NCBI RefSeq assembly: GCF_006345805.1
Contig: NC_043012.1
Span: 26,474,001-26,538,000, forward strand
Length of the DNA stretch: 64,000 nucleotides
From: Octopus sinensis
Lineage: Eukaryota
Reading direction: 5' to 3'
Positions 27,188-40,649 of the stretch are shown one piece after another. The translations under genes were made by a program, and so were the position numbers. Below the pieces are notes generated by a model. It ran no database searches. It saw only the letters and a program-made list of their open reading frames with translations, and had not been told where the DNA came from. The stretch's first letter is position 1. Each line of letters opens with the position of its first letter.

Positions 27188-27689
27188 TTGGAAGTGTCAT
27201 CATGTACATTGTTTTGTCTTGGTATAAAAGATGGGCTACAGCAAATATTCTGCTCAATACCACAGATTTGCTTGTCAGTTGTTTGACCTTAACCAGTTGA
27301 GCATGTCCCTTAGTGGCTGACGATATGTGCATCTCTGATCACGAGCGGAAGTAGTGGGGGAGCATCATAGCCATGTGTTGAGAGGGATTCTTTGGAGTTT
27401 GGATAATTCACCTCTGGAAACATGGGTGTTTCGTTCAACATCCTAAAGTAACCCTTATTCAGGGACCTTTTGAGCAGGATGGGTTACTCGACCTGAAGAA
27501 AATTCTGACTGGGCCCCACCTGCAAGGTCATGTGCTGTTTATCTTGATATGAGATCACCATGTCGCGCACATGTGGTTGTGATGCATGTGCCTAGTGTAC
27601 CCTTTCAGACGGGTAGTCATGATGGGTATACTGGACTTCGTATATTTTACCCCAGTGTCACTTTGATGGCATGCACTGCTCTCTCACTC
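27188..27689 (+). mobile_element. Family B (TAA)n-inserted element
   Basis: Homology to the other family B copies; same 3' end. Confidence 0.85.
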
Positions 27690-27753
<64 letters not shown>

Positions 27754-27755
<2 letters not shown>

Positions 27756-28684
27756 TGAAACCATTGATCATGTTGTCTCCAAGTGCAATCTTCTTTCGCC
27801 TACAGAGTATTTCAACAGACATGATAGAGTTGCACAATATATTCACTGGGTAATTTGCAAAAGCCTGGACTTGTCCCATGATAAAAACTGGTGGGAACAA
27901 AAGTCACCTCCAGTGCTTGAAAATGATCACATCTCACTCGTCTGGAACTTCACCATTCAAACTGATAGAAAGATAGATGCGAATAGGCTAGAAATCATAT
28001 TGAAAGACTTCAGACAAAAATCATGCCTCCTCATTGATATGACTGTCCCTATCGATATAAACGTATCTGTCAAGACCTACCTAAAACTGAACAAATATAA
28101 AAATCTTGAAATAGAAATTAACAAAATGTGGAACCCGAAGACTAAAACAATACCTGTTGTCATAGGTGCCCTGGGAATGATAGCAAAAGGGGCTGATTGC
28201 TACCTAGCTCAGATACCAGGAAACCTCAAAATGGCAGAAATTCAAAAGATAGTGACCATGGAAACTGCTCATATCCTACGCAAAATACTTTCTACGTAAT
28301 CTCAGGGTTTAAAACAAACATAATTTTCGTTTTCTTTTTGAACATCCACTAGTACATCACCCCCCCAAAAAAACCCCGAATATATGGCACACTAAGCATA
28401 ACACCAGCATGAACCCCCAACTTGTTGTCTCTTGAGGTCTCTGGGTGAGACTTGGAGCCAACTTACTCTTTACTCTTACTCTCTTTTACTTGTTTCAGTC
28501 ATTTGACTGCGGCCATGCTGGAGCACCGCCTTTAATCGAGTAACTCGACCCCGGGACTTATTCTTTTGTAAGCCCAGTACTTATTCTATCGGTCTCTTTT
28601 GCCGAACCGCTAAGTAACGGGGACATAAACACACCAGCATCGGTTGTCAAGCAATGCTAGGGGGACAACCACAGACACACAAAC

Positions 28685-28719
<35 letters not shown>

Positions 28720-28920
28720 CATATATACGACAGGCTTCTTTCAGTTTCCGTCTACCAAATCCACTCACAAGGCATTGGTCGGCCCGGGGCTATAGCAGAA
28801 GACACTTGCCCAAGATGCCACGCAGTAGGACTGAACCCGGAACCATGTGGTTGGTTAGCAAGCTATTTACCACACAGCCACTCCTGCGCCTTGTACAAAT
28901 TTTAAGCAAAAGTCAAACAT
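27754..28920 (+). mobile_element. RLE family A fragment (RLE domain + 3' UTR) interrupted by a SINE
   Basis: RHDRVAQYIHWVICK...WNFTIQTDRKIDANR.EIILKD...LLIDMTVP...KLNKYKNLEIE; UTR resumes at 28891. Confidence 0.9.
28465..28890 (-). mobile_element. SINE family 1, young full-length copy
   Basis: Starts GGCGCAGGAGTGGCTGTGTGG; inserted at CCAACTT|GTAC with TT repeated on both sides. Confidence 0.92.
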
Positions 28921-29055
28921 AATAATAATAATAATAATAATAATGATAATAATAATGATGAAAATAATAATAATAATTAAAATAATAATAATAATGATGA
29001 TGATGATGATGATGATGATGATATGATGATGATGATGATGATGATGATGATAATA

Positions 29056-29115
<60 letters not shown>

Positions 29116-29672
29116 GTACCCTGATACAGTACCAGGCTGTGGGTCTCATGGCTTCTGACCTTAACTGATTGGGAGTGTTATCATGTACATTGTTTTGTCT
29201 TGGTACAAAAGATGGGCTACAGCAAATATCCTGCTCAATACCACAGACTTGCTTGATAGTTGCTTGAGCTTAACTGGTTGAGCATGTCCTTTAGTGGCTG
29301 ACGATATGTGCATTTCTGATCACGAGCAGAAGTAGTGAGGGAGTAACTTAGGCATGTGTTGAGAGGAATTCTTTGGGGTTTCGATAATTCCCGTTTGGAA
29401 ATATGGGTGTTTTGTTCAACATCCTTAAACTACTCTTATTCAGGGACCTTTTGAACGGGATGGGCTACTCGACCTGAAGAAAATTATAACTGGGCTCCAC
29501 CTGCAAGGTCATAGAGTGCTTATCTTGATATGAGGTCAGCATGTCGTGCATATGTGGTTGTGATGCATGTGCTTAGTGTACCCTTATCAGATGGGTAGTC
29601 ATGATGTGTGTATTGGGCTTCGTATATTTGTACTCCAATATTACTTTGATGGAATGCATTGCTCTCTCACCC
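29116..29672 (+). mobile_element. Family B element, longest copy (~557 bp)
   Basis: Extends furthest 5'; flanked by (TAA)n. Confidence 0.85.
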
Positions 29673-29691
29673 AATAATAATAATAATAATA

Positions 29692-29726
<35 letters not shown>

Positions 29727-29769
29727 TAATAATAATAATAATAATAACAATAATAATAATGATAATAAT

Positions 29770-29935
29770 AATGGTTTCAAATTTTGTCATAAGGGCAGCA
29801 ATCTTGGGGGAAGGTATGAGTCGATTGCATCGACCCCAGTGTATCACTGGTATTTAATTTATCGATGTCGAAATGATGAAAGCTAAAGTCGCCAAGCACT
29901 TTGTCCGGCGTGTTAACGATTCTGCCCGCTCACTG
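29770..29935 (-). mobile_element. SINE family 2, internally deleted
   Basis: gtcgattgcatcgaccccagtg...atttatcga...cggcgtgttaacgattctgcc. Confidence 0.7.
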
Positions 29936-29944
29936 CTTTATCGA

Positions 29945-30300
29945 GTCGAAAAAGGGCTGGAGTCGGAAAATTGTAAGATTCTGTGGGAATGTCCTATTCA
30001 AACGGATAAGAAACTAGAAAATCATAGGTCAGACAAGAATATACAAAACAAATCGAGGCTGCCTAGTAATTGATCGATCATGTCCGTTTGATTCCAGGAA
30101 CGTAAAGAAAGAGGACAGGGGAAAAATAGCATCCCTTAATATTTGAAATAGTGAGAATTTGGAATATGAAAATTGTAAATGTTGTGCCCATAATAATTGG
30201 TTCATTGGGAACTGGTAAGCAAAGATATAGATAAATGTTTGAAGGAAATTGGAATAGAATGTCCTGTAGAGCTTCTACAAAAAGTTTGTTTTTTATGGAA
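29945..30300 (+). mobile_element. RLE (Dong-like) degraded fragment
   Basis: ESENCKILWECPIQTDKKLENHRSD; KCLKEIGIECPVELLQKVC; related to 49516-50965. Confidence 0.75.
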
Positions 30301-30313
30301 AGAAATGAATATT

Positions 30314-30450
<137 letters not shown>

Positions 30451-31450
30451 ATATATATATCTATCTGTCTGTCTGTCTCTCGCTCTCTATTTACCTATCT
30501 GCCTTTATTTAGTGTCAACCTATGCTGTGTTGTTTCGTGGTTGTTTTCCATGTGGAATTCATCTCTTCTTTCTGTATTTCTTAATTCTAAGTATAATGCT
30601 TTCAACTTTTATTTTGAACATTTGAGACACTAAGAAATGTTCTGCGATAATTTTTTCTGTGTCTAGAGATATTAAATACTATTCCAGACAACCCATTGAA
30701 TTTTGTGACAGTTTTGTCTCTTTAATAAATCAAATAAATCTGTTAAATATAATTATTCGTTCTTAGGATATCCATATAAATAGTTATGGGTTCCCTTTGG
30801 AATTTGGTCTTCTTGATTATTCAATCCGAAAACATTTCTGTAACATACATACAGACATACATACGTACATACGTACATAAATATATGAGTGCGTGTGTGT
30901 GTATGTAGTGTTCGTGCGTGAATATGTGTGTATCTTTGTGTGTTCATACGCAAATACATTCACAGGTGCATGCGCACGCGTACACATATGGGCACACACA
31001 TATATATAACATGAAAGTGTAGCTAGCAGAGAAAATTACGAACGTAAAAATATATTCCCCTTGCATGCTTTTGGAAAAAGACGTAGCAAGTTCACTGACG
31101 GCCGTTTCATGGTCTGTTGATCGCTCCTCAGAGAAGACGTACATTGTATACTTCCTCAATCAACTAAAATATATTTATGAGAAGGCATATTCTTTTATTT
31201 TCTACTTGCTTCAGTCATTTGACTGCGGCTATGCTGGAGCACTGCCTTTTTAGTCGAACAAATCGACCCTAGGACTTATTTTTTGTAAGTCTAGTACTTA
31301 TTCTATCGGCCTTTTTCGCCGAAAGCTAAATTACGAGGGCGTAAATACACCATCACTGATCTTAACTGCGATGGTGGGGGATAAAAACAGACACACAATT
31401 ATATATATATATACGTACATAAATATCTATAAATATATATATATATATAT

Positions 31451-32454
31451 GGTTGTTCTTCCGAAAGCCTGTTCACGTTTTCTCCTCGACGCCAAATACA
31501 GCGCCATCTTCTCCCTCTTCCCGTCGATGATGACCCTCGCCCTTACCAGACGATGATCGCTGCCGGTGTTGAATGGCGTCATGACGGAGACGTCATGTAA
31601 TATGCGTCGCTTATCAACCAGGATGTAGTCGATCTCGCTTCGGTACTTAGAGTTCGGCAATATCCAGGTCCATCTCTTCCTCTCCCTCTTCTTGAATAGG
31701 CTGTTACCGATGTAGAGCCGCCTCGCCTCTGCCATGGTAGCCAAACGTTCTCCTCCTTCGTTTCTCTCTCCCATGCCAAATCTCCCGACGTACTCCTCTC
31801 CTTGTCGTCCATGTCCAACCTTTGCGTTGAAGTCTCCCATCACGACAGTGTAAGTGGACTTCATAGCCAGCCCTTTGTCTAGTTGTCGATAGAATTCTTC
31901 CACCTCGTCGTCGTCGCTGGCACTTGTGAGAGCATAGGTCTGAACAATCTTGAGGGTGGCCTTGCCTGAGAGGTTCATATTTAGTACACCAATCCGTGAT
32001 GATATGAAGTGGCAAGAAGCGACCCTCGAAGCCCATTCCTTACTTACGATGAATCCGATACCTCCGACCGATCTAGCACCTTCTGGTCTCCCTAATCTCA
32101 CAGTGCATCCATCTTGCCATCGTATACTCGCTTCCTTCTTCCAGCGTGTCTCACACAGCCCTAACACTTCGCATCTGATCTTCTTCCTCTCCTCCATTAG
32201 ATGGTTCAGTTCTTGCCACCCTGCCATGGACCTGCAGTTGTTGGTGCATATGGCAAGTTTAGTCCTGTACCATGACGGCCCTCGGGAACCTGTGATTCTT
32301 AGCAGCCTCTCGTCGCTCGAGTTGCACTCCGCCGTCATGGAGTGGCCCGATTGACGTGCAGGGTACTGAGGCCCTTTTCCTTTTCTCTTCGTTCTTCGTT
32401 CTTCGTGCTGTTTTAGCCATAAGATGACGCCATCCCACTGGCTGGGCGGGCAGA
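31451..32454 (-). mobile_element. RTE LINE, inverted 5' segment: APE endonuclease domain
   Basis: Open frame with TNNCR, LGLCETR, VMGDFNAKVG, RWTW...EIDYIL, SDHRLV motifs. Confidence 0.95.
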
Positions 32455-33624
32455 CCGGAAGAACTACAGCACGATGGACCATATATTTACTCTAACGCAA
32501 CTGCTTGAGCGAGCAAATGAGTACAAGCTGCTTCTTTGCGTTGCGTTTATAGACTATGAGAAGGCCTTCAATAGAGTCGAAACCAACGCAGTGCTGAACT
32601 CGCTGCAGAGGCAAGGAGTCGAAGCGCAATATGTGCAGCTGCTCAGAGAGGCAAATTCCGGATGCACCACCGACATAGCTCTAATGTCATCATCCATACG
32701 AGTTCCGGTCGAGAAGGGAGTGAAGCAAGGAGATACAATCTCCCCAAAATTTTTCACAGCATGTCTCGAACAGATCATCAGAGGCATCGACTGGCAAGGT
32801 GGTGTCAACATCAATGGCGAGCTCCTCACCCACCTCCGTTTTACTGATGACATCGTACTCATCGCTGAAAACATGGGTCAGCTTCAGACCATGCTGACCG
32901 AGCTCGACATCAAAAGCTCTGCAGTAGGTCTCAAGATAAACCGCATGAAAACAAAGTTCATGCGGTCAGACAACGTACCAACAGGTCGAATGGTGATCGG
33001 TAGTGATGAAATAGAGGAGGTAAGGGAATATGTCTACCTGGTACAGGAAGTAAGTATGTGCCGAGATATCGAAAAGGAGATCTCACGGAGAGTAAAGGCC
33101 GGATGGAAGGCGTTCAATGGCATAAGGGATGTGCTCAAGGGAAGGTTGGACAAGACCACCCGCGCCAACCTCATTAACAGTGCAGTTCTGACTGCAATGT
33201 TATATGGTAGTGAAACATGGGCTACCACAAAGAGAGAAGAGCAAAGACTGGTAACAGCTCAAAGAGCCATGGAAAGGTCAATGCTTGGTATCTCGTTGAG
33301 AGAGCACATAAGTAGCGAGATCATCAGAAAGAAGTCCGGCGTGAGAGATGTCATCGCAGAGTATACACGCAGCAAGTATAGATGGGCTGGGCACGTCGCC
33401 CGGCTCACCGATAATCGGTGGACGCACGCAGTCGTCGAGTGGTACCCGCGCGAGCGGAAAAGACTACCCGGAAGACCTCCACGACGGTGGAGTTACGATT
33501 TCAGGAGGACGATTGGGATCACGTGGATGAGAAAGGCGCGATCCAGAGAGGAGTGGACAGCGTGCTGTGACCAGCGGTGTCAAATGGACGCCTGACGGAC
33601 TGGTCGGTCAAGGTGGTCAAGGTG
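32455..33624 (+). mobile_element. RTE LINE, reverse transcriptase + 3' end
   Basis: RKNYSTMDHIF, FIDYEKAFN, GVKQGDTISPKFF, LRFTDDIVL, RWAGHVAR, GRPPRRW; open to the stop at 33595; tail (GGTCAAGGT)2. Confidence 0.95.
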
Positions 33625-33655
<31 letters not shown>

Positions 33656-34409
33656 TGTATGTATGTATGTATGTATGTATGTATATATGTGACTGGCTTC
33701 TTTCAGTTTCTTCTTTCAGATTTGGTCAGCCCGAATTTATAGTAGACATTTCCTCAAAGTGCAACGCAGTGGGACTGAACCCGGTGCCATGTGGTTATGA
33801 AGCAATCTTGTTACCACAGCCACGCTGGTCACTACGTAAATATTCCGAAGCACTGTTTACACAGAGACTAGATTGAAACATCTGTAGGCACTTCTTGGGC
33901 TTATTTTATTGCATGTTAATGTATGTTTCTCTTTCAAGTCTAACTGGAAACGGTGTTTCCCAGGGCTAAATAACAGTAGCACTCTTCCCTTTCACGGGAC
34001 TGTAACATTAAGTTGACAACATATTATCACTCTATCGTGCTGCTACTGCATAAATCTCTCTGAGAGATTTTGACATTTATTTTTACTAGTCTGTATGTAT
34101 AAAAATATCCAACAACACGTTGAAGCGTGATTAGTTCATACGCAGCCTATAGATGAATAAGGTAGAAATGGTTTACAAAAAACGGTTAGAAAATGAGTCC
34201 AAGCATTCATTTGTTCAATTATTGTGCTTTGAACATGTAATTTTACAGTTATTCATGCGCGAAAACCCGTGATGTTTTCATATCTTCAGCGTCATGTGTA
34301 TAAAACACAGGAGAGCAAGTACTACGACAACTGTTAACAAAGGCTTAAAACTGATAGAAGAAAACTGCTATTGTTAACTAAGTTCTGAAGTATTTTTTAC
34401 TGGTTAAAG

Positions 34410-34857
34410 TTATTGGAATGCGGCCATGCAGGAGCACTAACTTGAAGGGTTGATTAGAAGAACGAACCGACCGCAGGGTTTACTTTTTAAGCCTGGTATT
34501 CACTGCATCGATTGTTTGTCGATGCACTAAGTTACGGGGAAGTAAAAAAATCAACACCGGTTGTGAAGTGATGGTGGGAGGCAAACACAACCACAAAAAC
34601 ATACACACACATATACATGTATACATACATACATACATACAAACATACATACATATATGTATATATATATATATATATATGCATGTATATACAGCTCTAG
34701 ATGTGTGGTAAGAAGTTTGTTTCTCAACCACATGGTTCTGAGTTCAGTCCCACTGCATGGCACCTTGGGCAAGTGTCTTCTACTATAGCTTCGGGCCGAC
34801 TAAAGCCTTGTGAGTGGATTTGGTAGAGAGAAACTGAAAGAAGCCTGTCGTAAATCC

Positions 34858-34938
<81 letters not shown>

Positions 34939-35445
34939 ACCCCCCTTCTCTCCCTCTCTCTCTCTCTCTATCTATATATATATATATATATACTCTTACT
35001 CTTTTACTTGTTTCAGTCATTTGACTGCGGCCATGCTGGAGCACCGCCTTTAGTCGAGCAAATCGACCCCGGGACTTATTCTTTGTAAGCCCAATACTTA
35101 TTCTATCGGTCTCTTTTGCCGAACCGCTAAGTGACGGGGACGTAAACACACCAGCATCGGTTGTCAAGCAATGCTAGGGGGACAAACACAGACACACAAA
35201 CACACACACACATATATATATATATATACATATATACGACAGGCTTCTTTCAGTTTCCGTCTACCAAATCCACTCACAAGGCATGTGTGTGTGTCTTTGT
35301 TCCACCACCATCGCTTGACAACCGAAACTGATAAAATAAGTAGCTGGCTTACAAAGAGTACGTCCTAGGGTCGATTTCTTTGACTGAAAGGTGGTGCTCC
35401 AGCATGGCTGTAGTCAGATGACTGAAACAAACAAAAGAATAAAAG
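34410..35445. mobile_element. Cluster of nested SINE family 1 pieces
   Basis: Minus 3' half 34410-34620; plus head 34695-34850; minus copy 34990-35282 inside its spacer; plus tail 35283-35445. Confidence 0.8.
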
Positions 35446-35519
35446 AATACACACGCGCGCACACATACACACGCGCGCACACACACACACGCGCGCGCAC
35501 ACACACACGTATATATATA

Positions 35520-36535
35520 AGGAAAATAAGACAAAATAGAAAATACTAAAATAATTTGATCCAGGAGAACATTTTAGTACCGGTTTCAACTTTTCAACTT
35601 TTCAACTTAGAATAAAGTAAGAAAAACAATTAAATCATGGAAAAATTTTAGTGAAATGTCTTTTTAAAAAACATTTCCGTAGTCTTGAAATAGGTAGGGC
35701 ATTATCTTTTTTTTCTGCCTGTCTGTCTCTCTTACTTTTGTGAAGGCTCAGTAGGTAGTAGTAGACGTGAAGAAAAAGTTAATATGGGATTCTGCATTTT
35801 GATTGATGGAGCAGCAGCAGCAGCCGAGGAAGGATACGGCGAAAAAGAATAAGAAGAAGGAGGAGGAAAAGAGAAACAAGAAGAAAAAAGACAGGAGTGG
35901 TATGACAGTAGTAGATGGTCAAGTGACCTAAAAGTGACCAGTTGTAGTTGTAGCAGTAGTTCTTGGTATTGTTCTGAATAAATTCCTTGGCACTGACTGT
36001 TCTGAATATATCGTTTTTAATATTTGCGTGGGTTTTATCCAAAGATCCTTATAGTAGTACCATCTGTGGTGGAAAGCATTCAAAAGGGGTTTATATTTTG
36101 CGATAAAATATGATTCTTTGCTAATGCGCTGACTATAGGTTGCATTGTCCATGAATTCATAGAGGGGAAAATTTCTGAAGTTGGGTTGTTCGTTAGTGGT
36201 GCAAATGTCGATGTGTTCGCTTAATGCTATTTTTCTGGATTCTCGAATTTTAATCTGGGATCTATGTAGGGTCATCCTCTGGTGTAGACTGTTTTTGGTT
36301 TGGCCTATGTATTGCTCTCGACACCCTGAGCAAGTTAGCACATATGTTAGGTTTTCTGATGTTTTATTTCACTGTAAAAAGTTGACCCTGTTTGAAGGAG
36401 AACTCCGACAGGGTATAAATAATGGTCTTTACACATTTTTTCGACATTGGTGTAAATTTGGCTTACAGCTGTTTCCAGTAGTCATTATAGGTTCGTCACT
36501 GATTGGTTTCTCAATTGGTCTATTGATCAGTTGAG
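35520..36535 (-). pseudogene. Penelope-like element 3' part: GIY-YIG endonuclease and downstream region
   Basis: YVLTCSGCREQYIGQTKNSLHQRMTLHRSQI...HIDIC...RISKESYFIAKYKPLLN; GAAACCGGUA (hammerhead 3' half) on minus at 35578-35587. Confidence 0.88.
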
Positions 36536-36691
36536 AAAAGTTGAATGACCTGAAAATTTGATGCTACTTTCGCAGGGCGATTGCTGGTTGTAACAAAGTC
36601 GAACACTGAAGGAATTATACACATAGTTACTGTAAGCTTAGGACAAAATAAATACTTCAATAAGGGGAAATTTACACCCCCCCACACACAT

Positions 36692-36739
<48 letters not shown>

Positions 36740-36741
<2 letters not shown>

Positions 36742-36865
36742 GACGGGCTTCTTTCAGTTTTCGTCTACCAAATCTACTCACAAAATATTGGTTGTGTCGG
36801 TACTACAGTAGAAGACTTTGAACCAGCTGGTCGAGAGTAAACTTCTCACTACACAGTCATGCTTA
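36740..36865 (-). mobile_element. SINE family 1 head fragment
   Basis: cgacgggcttctttcagttttcgtctaccaaatctactcacaa. Confidence 0.7.
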
Positions 36866-37088
36866 TATAAAGCCTTTTAAAATATCAGCATATAAAATAT
36901 TACCTCAGACGTCACTCGCAAGTGAGTAGAATTTGATAGCATGTTCTATGCATTCACTAATTGTTTCAGGCACCTATGTAATCGCTTCTCACTGCCTTCC
37001 CACTCTTGACGCAGCGGAACACCGAATATGTAACAGCTGCAGAGGATCGCACCAGTATTAGGATGACATTCACCTTTAGTGATGCACA

Positions 37089-37388
37089 GTTTGTTCCTTC
37101 TCAAGCCACGCCTGGCTCATAAGGGCCGGTTTCCTGGTTTCCTTGGCGTATAGGTTCCCCACCAGGACGGGACGCCGGTCCGTAGTAGGTGAGCTGCAAG
37201 ATGCAGTAGGAAAGAGTGAGAGAAAGTTGTGGCGAAAGAGTCAGCAGAAGTTCGCCATTAACTTCTGCAGGAGCCGCGCGGAGCTTAGGTGTTTCGCTCA
37301 TAAACACACATATCGCCCGGTCTGAGATTCGAACCCGCAATCCATCGACCACGAATCCGCTGCTCTAACCACTAGGCCATGCACCTCC
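37089..37388 (-). mobile_element. tRNA-derived SINE family 3a (V-domain-like 3' part)
   Basis: A box TGGCCTAGTGG, B box GGTTCGAATCT; 3' part GGACCGGCGTCCCGTCC...GAAACCGGCCCTTATGAGCC. Confidence 0.8.
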
Positions 37389-37394
37389 ACTGTG

Positions 37395-37522
37395 GTGCAC
37401 AGTGGAGCAATATGAAATCAAGTCTCTTGCGAATGGATAAAATGCGCTGCCCAACCCGGGAATCGAATGCACGATTTTATGATCGAGAGCGGACCACATT
37501 AATCACTATCCCACGTGACTTC
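37395..37522 (-). mobile_element. Degraded tRNA-derived SINE head
   Basis: GTGGGATAGTGATTAA...CATTCGATTCCCGG on minus. Confidence 0.5.
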
Positions 37523-38939
37523 ACAAATAGCATTAAAATGTTATTAGCTAATATTATAGCGTACAAAGTGACCGTGATTAAATTTATCATATGAATACCA
37601 GAATTTCGTTCAGTCTGTCCTGACTTTTTCCATTGTTTGTATTTTGCTAACTGATAAATTTTCGTTGTTATTATATGGAATACTTGAAGTGGAATAAACA
37701 AAAGTAAATCGGCTGTTGCTTAGTCATGAAGACAACTGATTGTTTGGATTTCTGAAAAATTTGGAATTGATATTTTAAAAGCCACTACTTTGCTTACATG
37801 TTTTGTGAAGCGTTGTTATTTAATTTTCCTCCTGACTAGTTTTACTTTATATAAAGTAAGCACAATGGATATTCATTGTTGCCTTAAAAAATACTAATAA
37901 CTCTGGAAAGCAGCTTTGTATAGATGGTTGAAACTGATTTTACTGGGCACTTGAACAATCATTTGCGAAGGAACGAAATGTAAGACCTAAGCTGACTGTT
38001 TGGAACATTTATTTCCGAAAAGGTGTGCTTTCGAATCCCTCAAATATGGTACGTAGAAAATTAAATATTTCATCCACCTGACAGATATGAAATTCTCGAT
38101 AAGTAACAATGAAGAGTGCGCGGAAATTCATCAGTTCCGAACTTTGGTTAAGAAGTGCTAAAAATCCGAAAATGATATATTTATTCGGCAAGCAGAGACC
38201 ATAACTTCTGGTACCATTAATGTAGGGAAATTTTAGGTTCCAGATATATGTGGATATTGGAATAATAAGGTGTCTTTTTTAGCATCTGAATGTTATATGT
38301 TTTGGGAATCTTTTTTGACGCCGTATAAAACGTTTTGTATCTCTGTCAGCTTAACTTGATAAATGAATATTACAGAAATATTTTTACCGTTGAAATGACA
38401 GACATTAAGGAAGTCGCAATTACATTTGGGAGAGGAGTTTTTCTGTATATACTAGTTGTGAAAGTTGCGAAGTTTGGATGAAACTATAGAGTTACATAGC
38501 TCTATTTCAATTAAAGGTTTATGACATCAGTGGTCAATGGGGAAATGTTTATTTATGAAGTTTAGGAAAATCTTGACAAGAATGGAACAAACATTTAAAC
38601 AATATAGAAAATTGATACTGTTATATTTCGTTTCCTATTATTGTGGCTATAAATATTCGTCCTATTATAATATTTATAAATATTCGTATTTTTGTGTAGG
38701 TAATGTATTATATCTTCAACTACGCAGCCACTGTATTTTAACGCGTCATGTAATATTATACACACTCACAGACGCACAAAAATATATATGCACTCGCCAC
38801 TCAGCTTCACATAAATAGATACACGTACGCGCGCACACACATACACAAACATTTAATATTCTAATGTAGTACAACAATAACAACAACTTGATAATGGAAA
38901 CCCACATAAACTTTTGAAAGTAGGCTGATAATAAACGTA

Positions 38940-39437
38940 ACAACGACAACAACAACAACGACACCATCAGCAACAACAACAACAACAAACAATAATGATG
39001 ATGACGACTATGACGACGACGATGATGATGATGATGATGATTATGATGATGATGATGAAGATGATGAGTAGGTTGATGATGCAAAAATATGGTAATATGG
39101 CGATCAGCAAGTGATATATTAACAAGAGAATTTAAGTGAATTAAATAACAACAATAGCAACATGAACATGAATAACAACAGCAATAATAAGAAGAAAAAG
39201 AAGAGGAAGAAGAAGAAGAAGGAGAACGACAACAAAAAAACAACAACAACAACAATAATAATAATTATAATGATGATGAAGATGATGATGACGATGACGC
39301 TGTTGGCGATCATTATGATAATGATGATGGTGATGATGATGAAGATGAGGATAATGATGACGTTGATGGTGACTATAATGATGATGATGATAATGATGAT
39401 GATGATGATAATAGTAATAATAATAATAATAATAATA

Positions 39438-39484
<47 letters not shown>

Positions 39485-39611
39485 AATAATAACAATAATA
39501 ATAATTGTCACAGTGTTCATAATAAGTCTTTGTAAGCTGATCAACCTGTGATGAATGCACTCTCAGGAATAAAGCGATGAAAATAAAAACAGCAAAATCG
39601 TAATAATAATA

Positions 39612-39647
<36 letters not shown>

Positions 39648-39690
39648 TAATAATAATGATAATAATAATATAATAATAATAATAATAATG

Positions 39691-39763
<73 letters not shown>

Positions 39764-39767
39764 TAAT

Positions 39768-39806
<39 letters not shown>

Positions 39807-39812
39807 TGATAA
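38940..39812. repeat. Compound trinucleotide arrays (CAA/GAT/AAT)n
   Basis: Direct inspection. Confidence 0.95.
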
Positions 39813-40017
39813 TGGCGTCGACGGCAACGAATATGGGGAATATGAAAAGAAATGTTTAAATGAAAGAAAACGAAGGAACATGAATAACAGAAAAGAACAC
39901 TAATTTTTTTCTTCGTATACCCGTATCACCGGAAGTCCTGTCAATTCAACAATGTCACGTAAAACCCAAAGAAAACGTAATGGGGATCAGATAGTTACTT
40001 AATAAGAGAACCAAAGT

Positions 40018-40079
<62 letters not shown>

Positions 40080-40359
40080 CAACAGTAACTGCAACAACAA
40101 TAACAACTACAAAATTGACGGACAAAACTTCATAGAATATATCTAAATCTCACCTCTCTCTGTCTGTCTGTCTCTTTCTCTCTCTCTCCCCCGCTCTCTC
40201 TCACTCTCTCTCTTTATATATACATCTGTGTCTGTGTGTGTGTCTATGTATGTGTGCGTGTGTGTACAAATATAAATTATGATTGATTCGAAATATTCAA
40301 CACTTGTCAGAAGTATAGAAAGTATGTTTTATGACATATTAACCATTCACACACACAAA

Positions 40360-40367
40360 CAAACAAA

Positions 40368-40413
<46 letters not shown>

Positions 40414-40613
40414 CAAACATACATACATACATATATATATAGATATATATACATATATACACATATATAGTATATGTATGTATATAAATTGCAAATACAC
40501 ACACACACAAACACACACACACATATATATATAGGTAAAATAGTTTTAAATTCTGAACGAGTATATATATACAAACAGACATATCTGTATATAATATATA
40601 ATATATATAATAT

Positions 40614-40649
<36 letters not shown>

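Larger units (their letters stand above)
31190..33826 (-). mobile_element. SINE family 1 split by the RTE insertion (halves 31190-31450 and 33625-33826)
   Basis: Tail half lies left of the LINE and head half right; break falls in the internal microsatellite. Confidence 0.8.

Noticed and set aside
31427-33595. Divergent two-gene system (351-aa nuclease + 373-aa RT)
   Set aside because: They are two halves of one RTE ORF separated by an inversion; the RT frame begins mid-domain (RKNYSTMDHI)
36920-37062. GTGAGT donor, CTAAT branch point and TTTCAG acceptor with a short frame
   Set aside because: Implied intron is only about 50 nt and the peptide is unrecognisable
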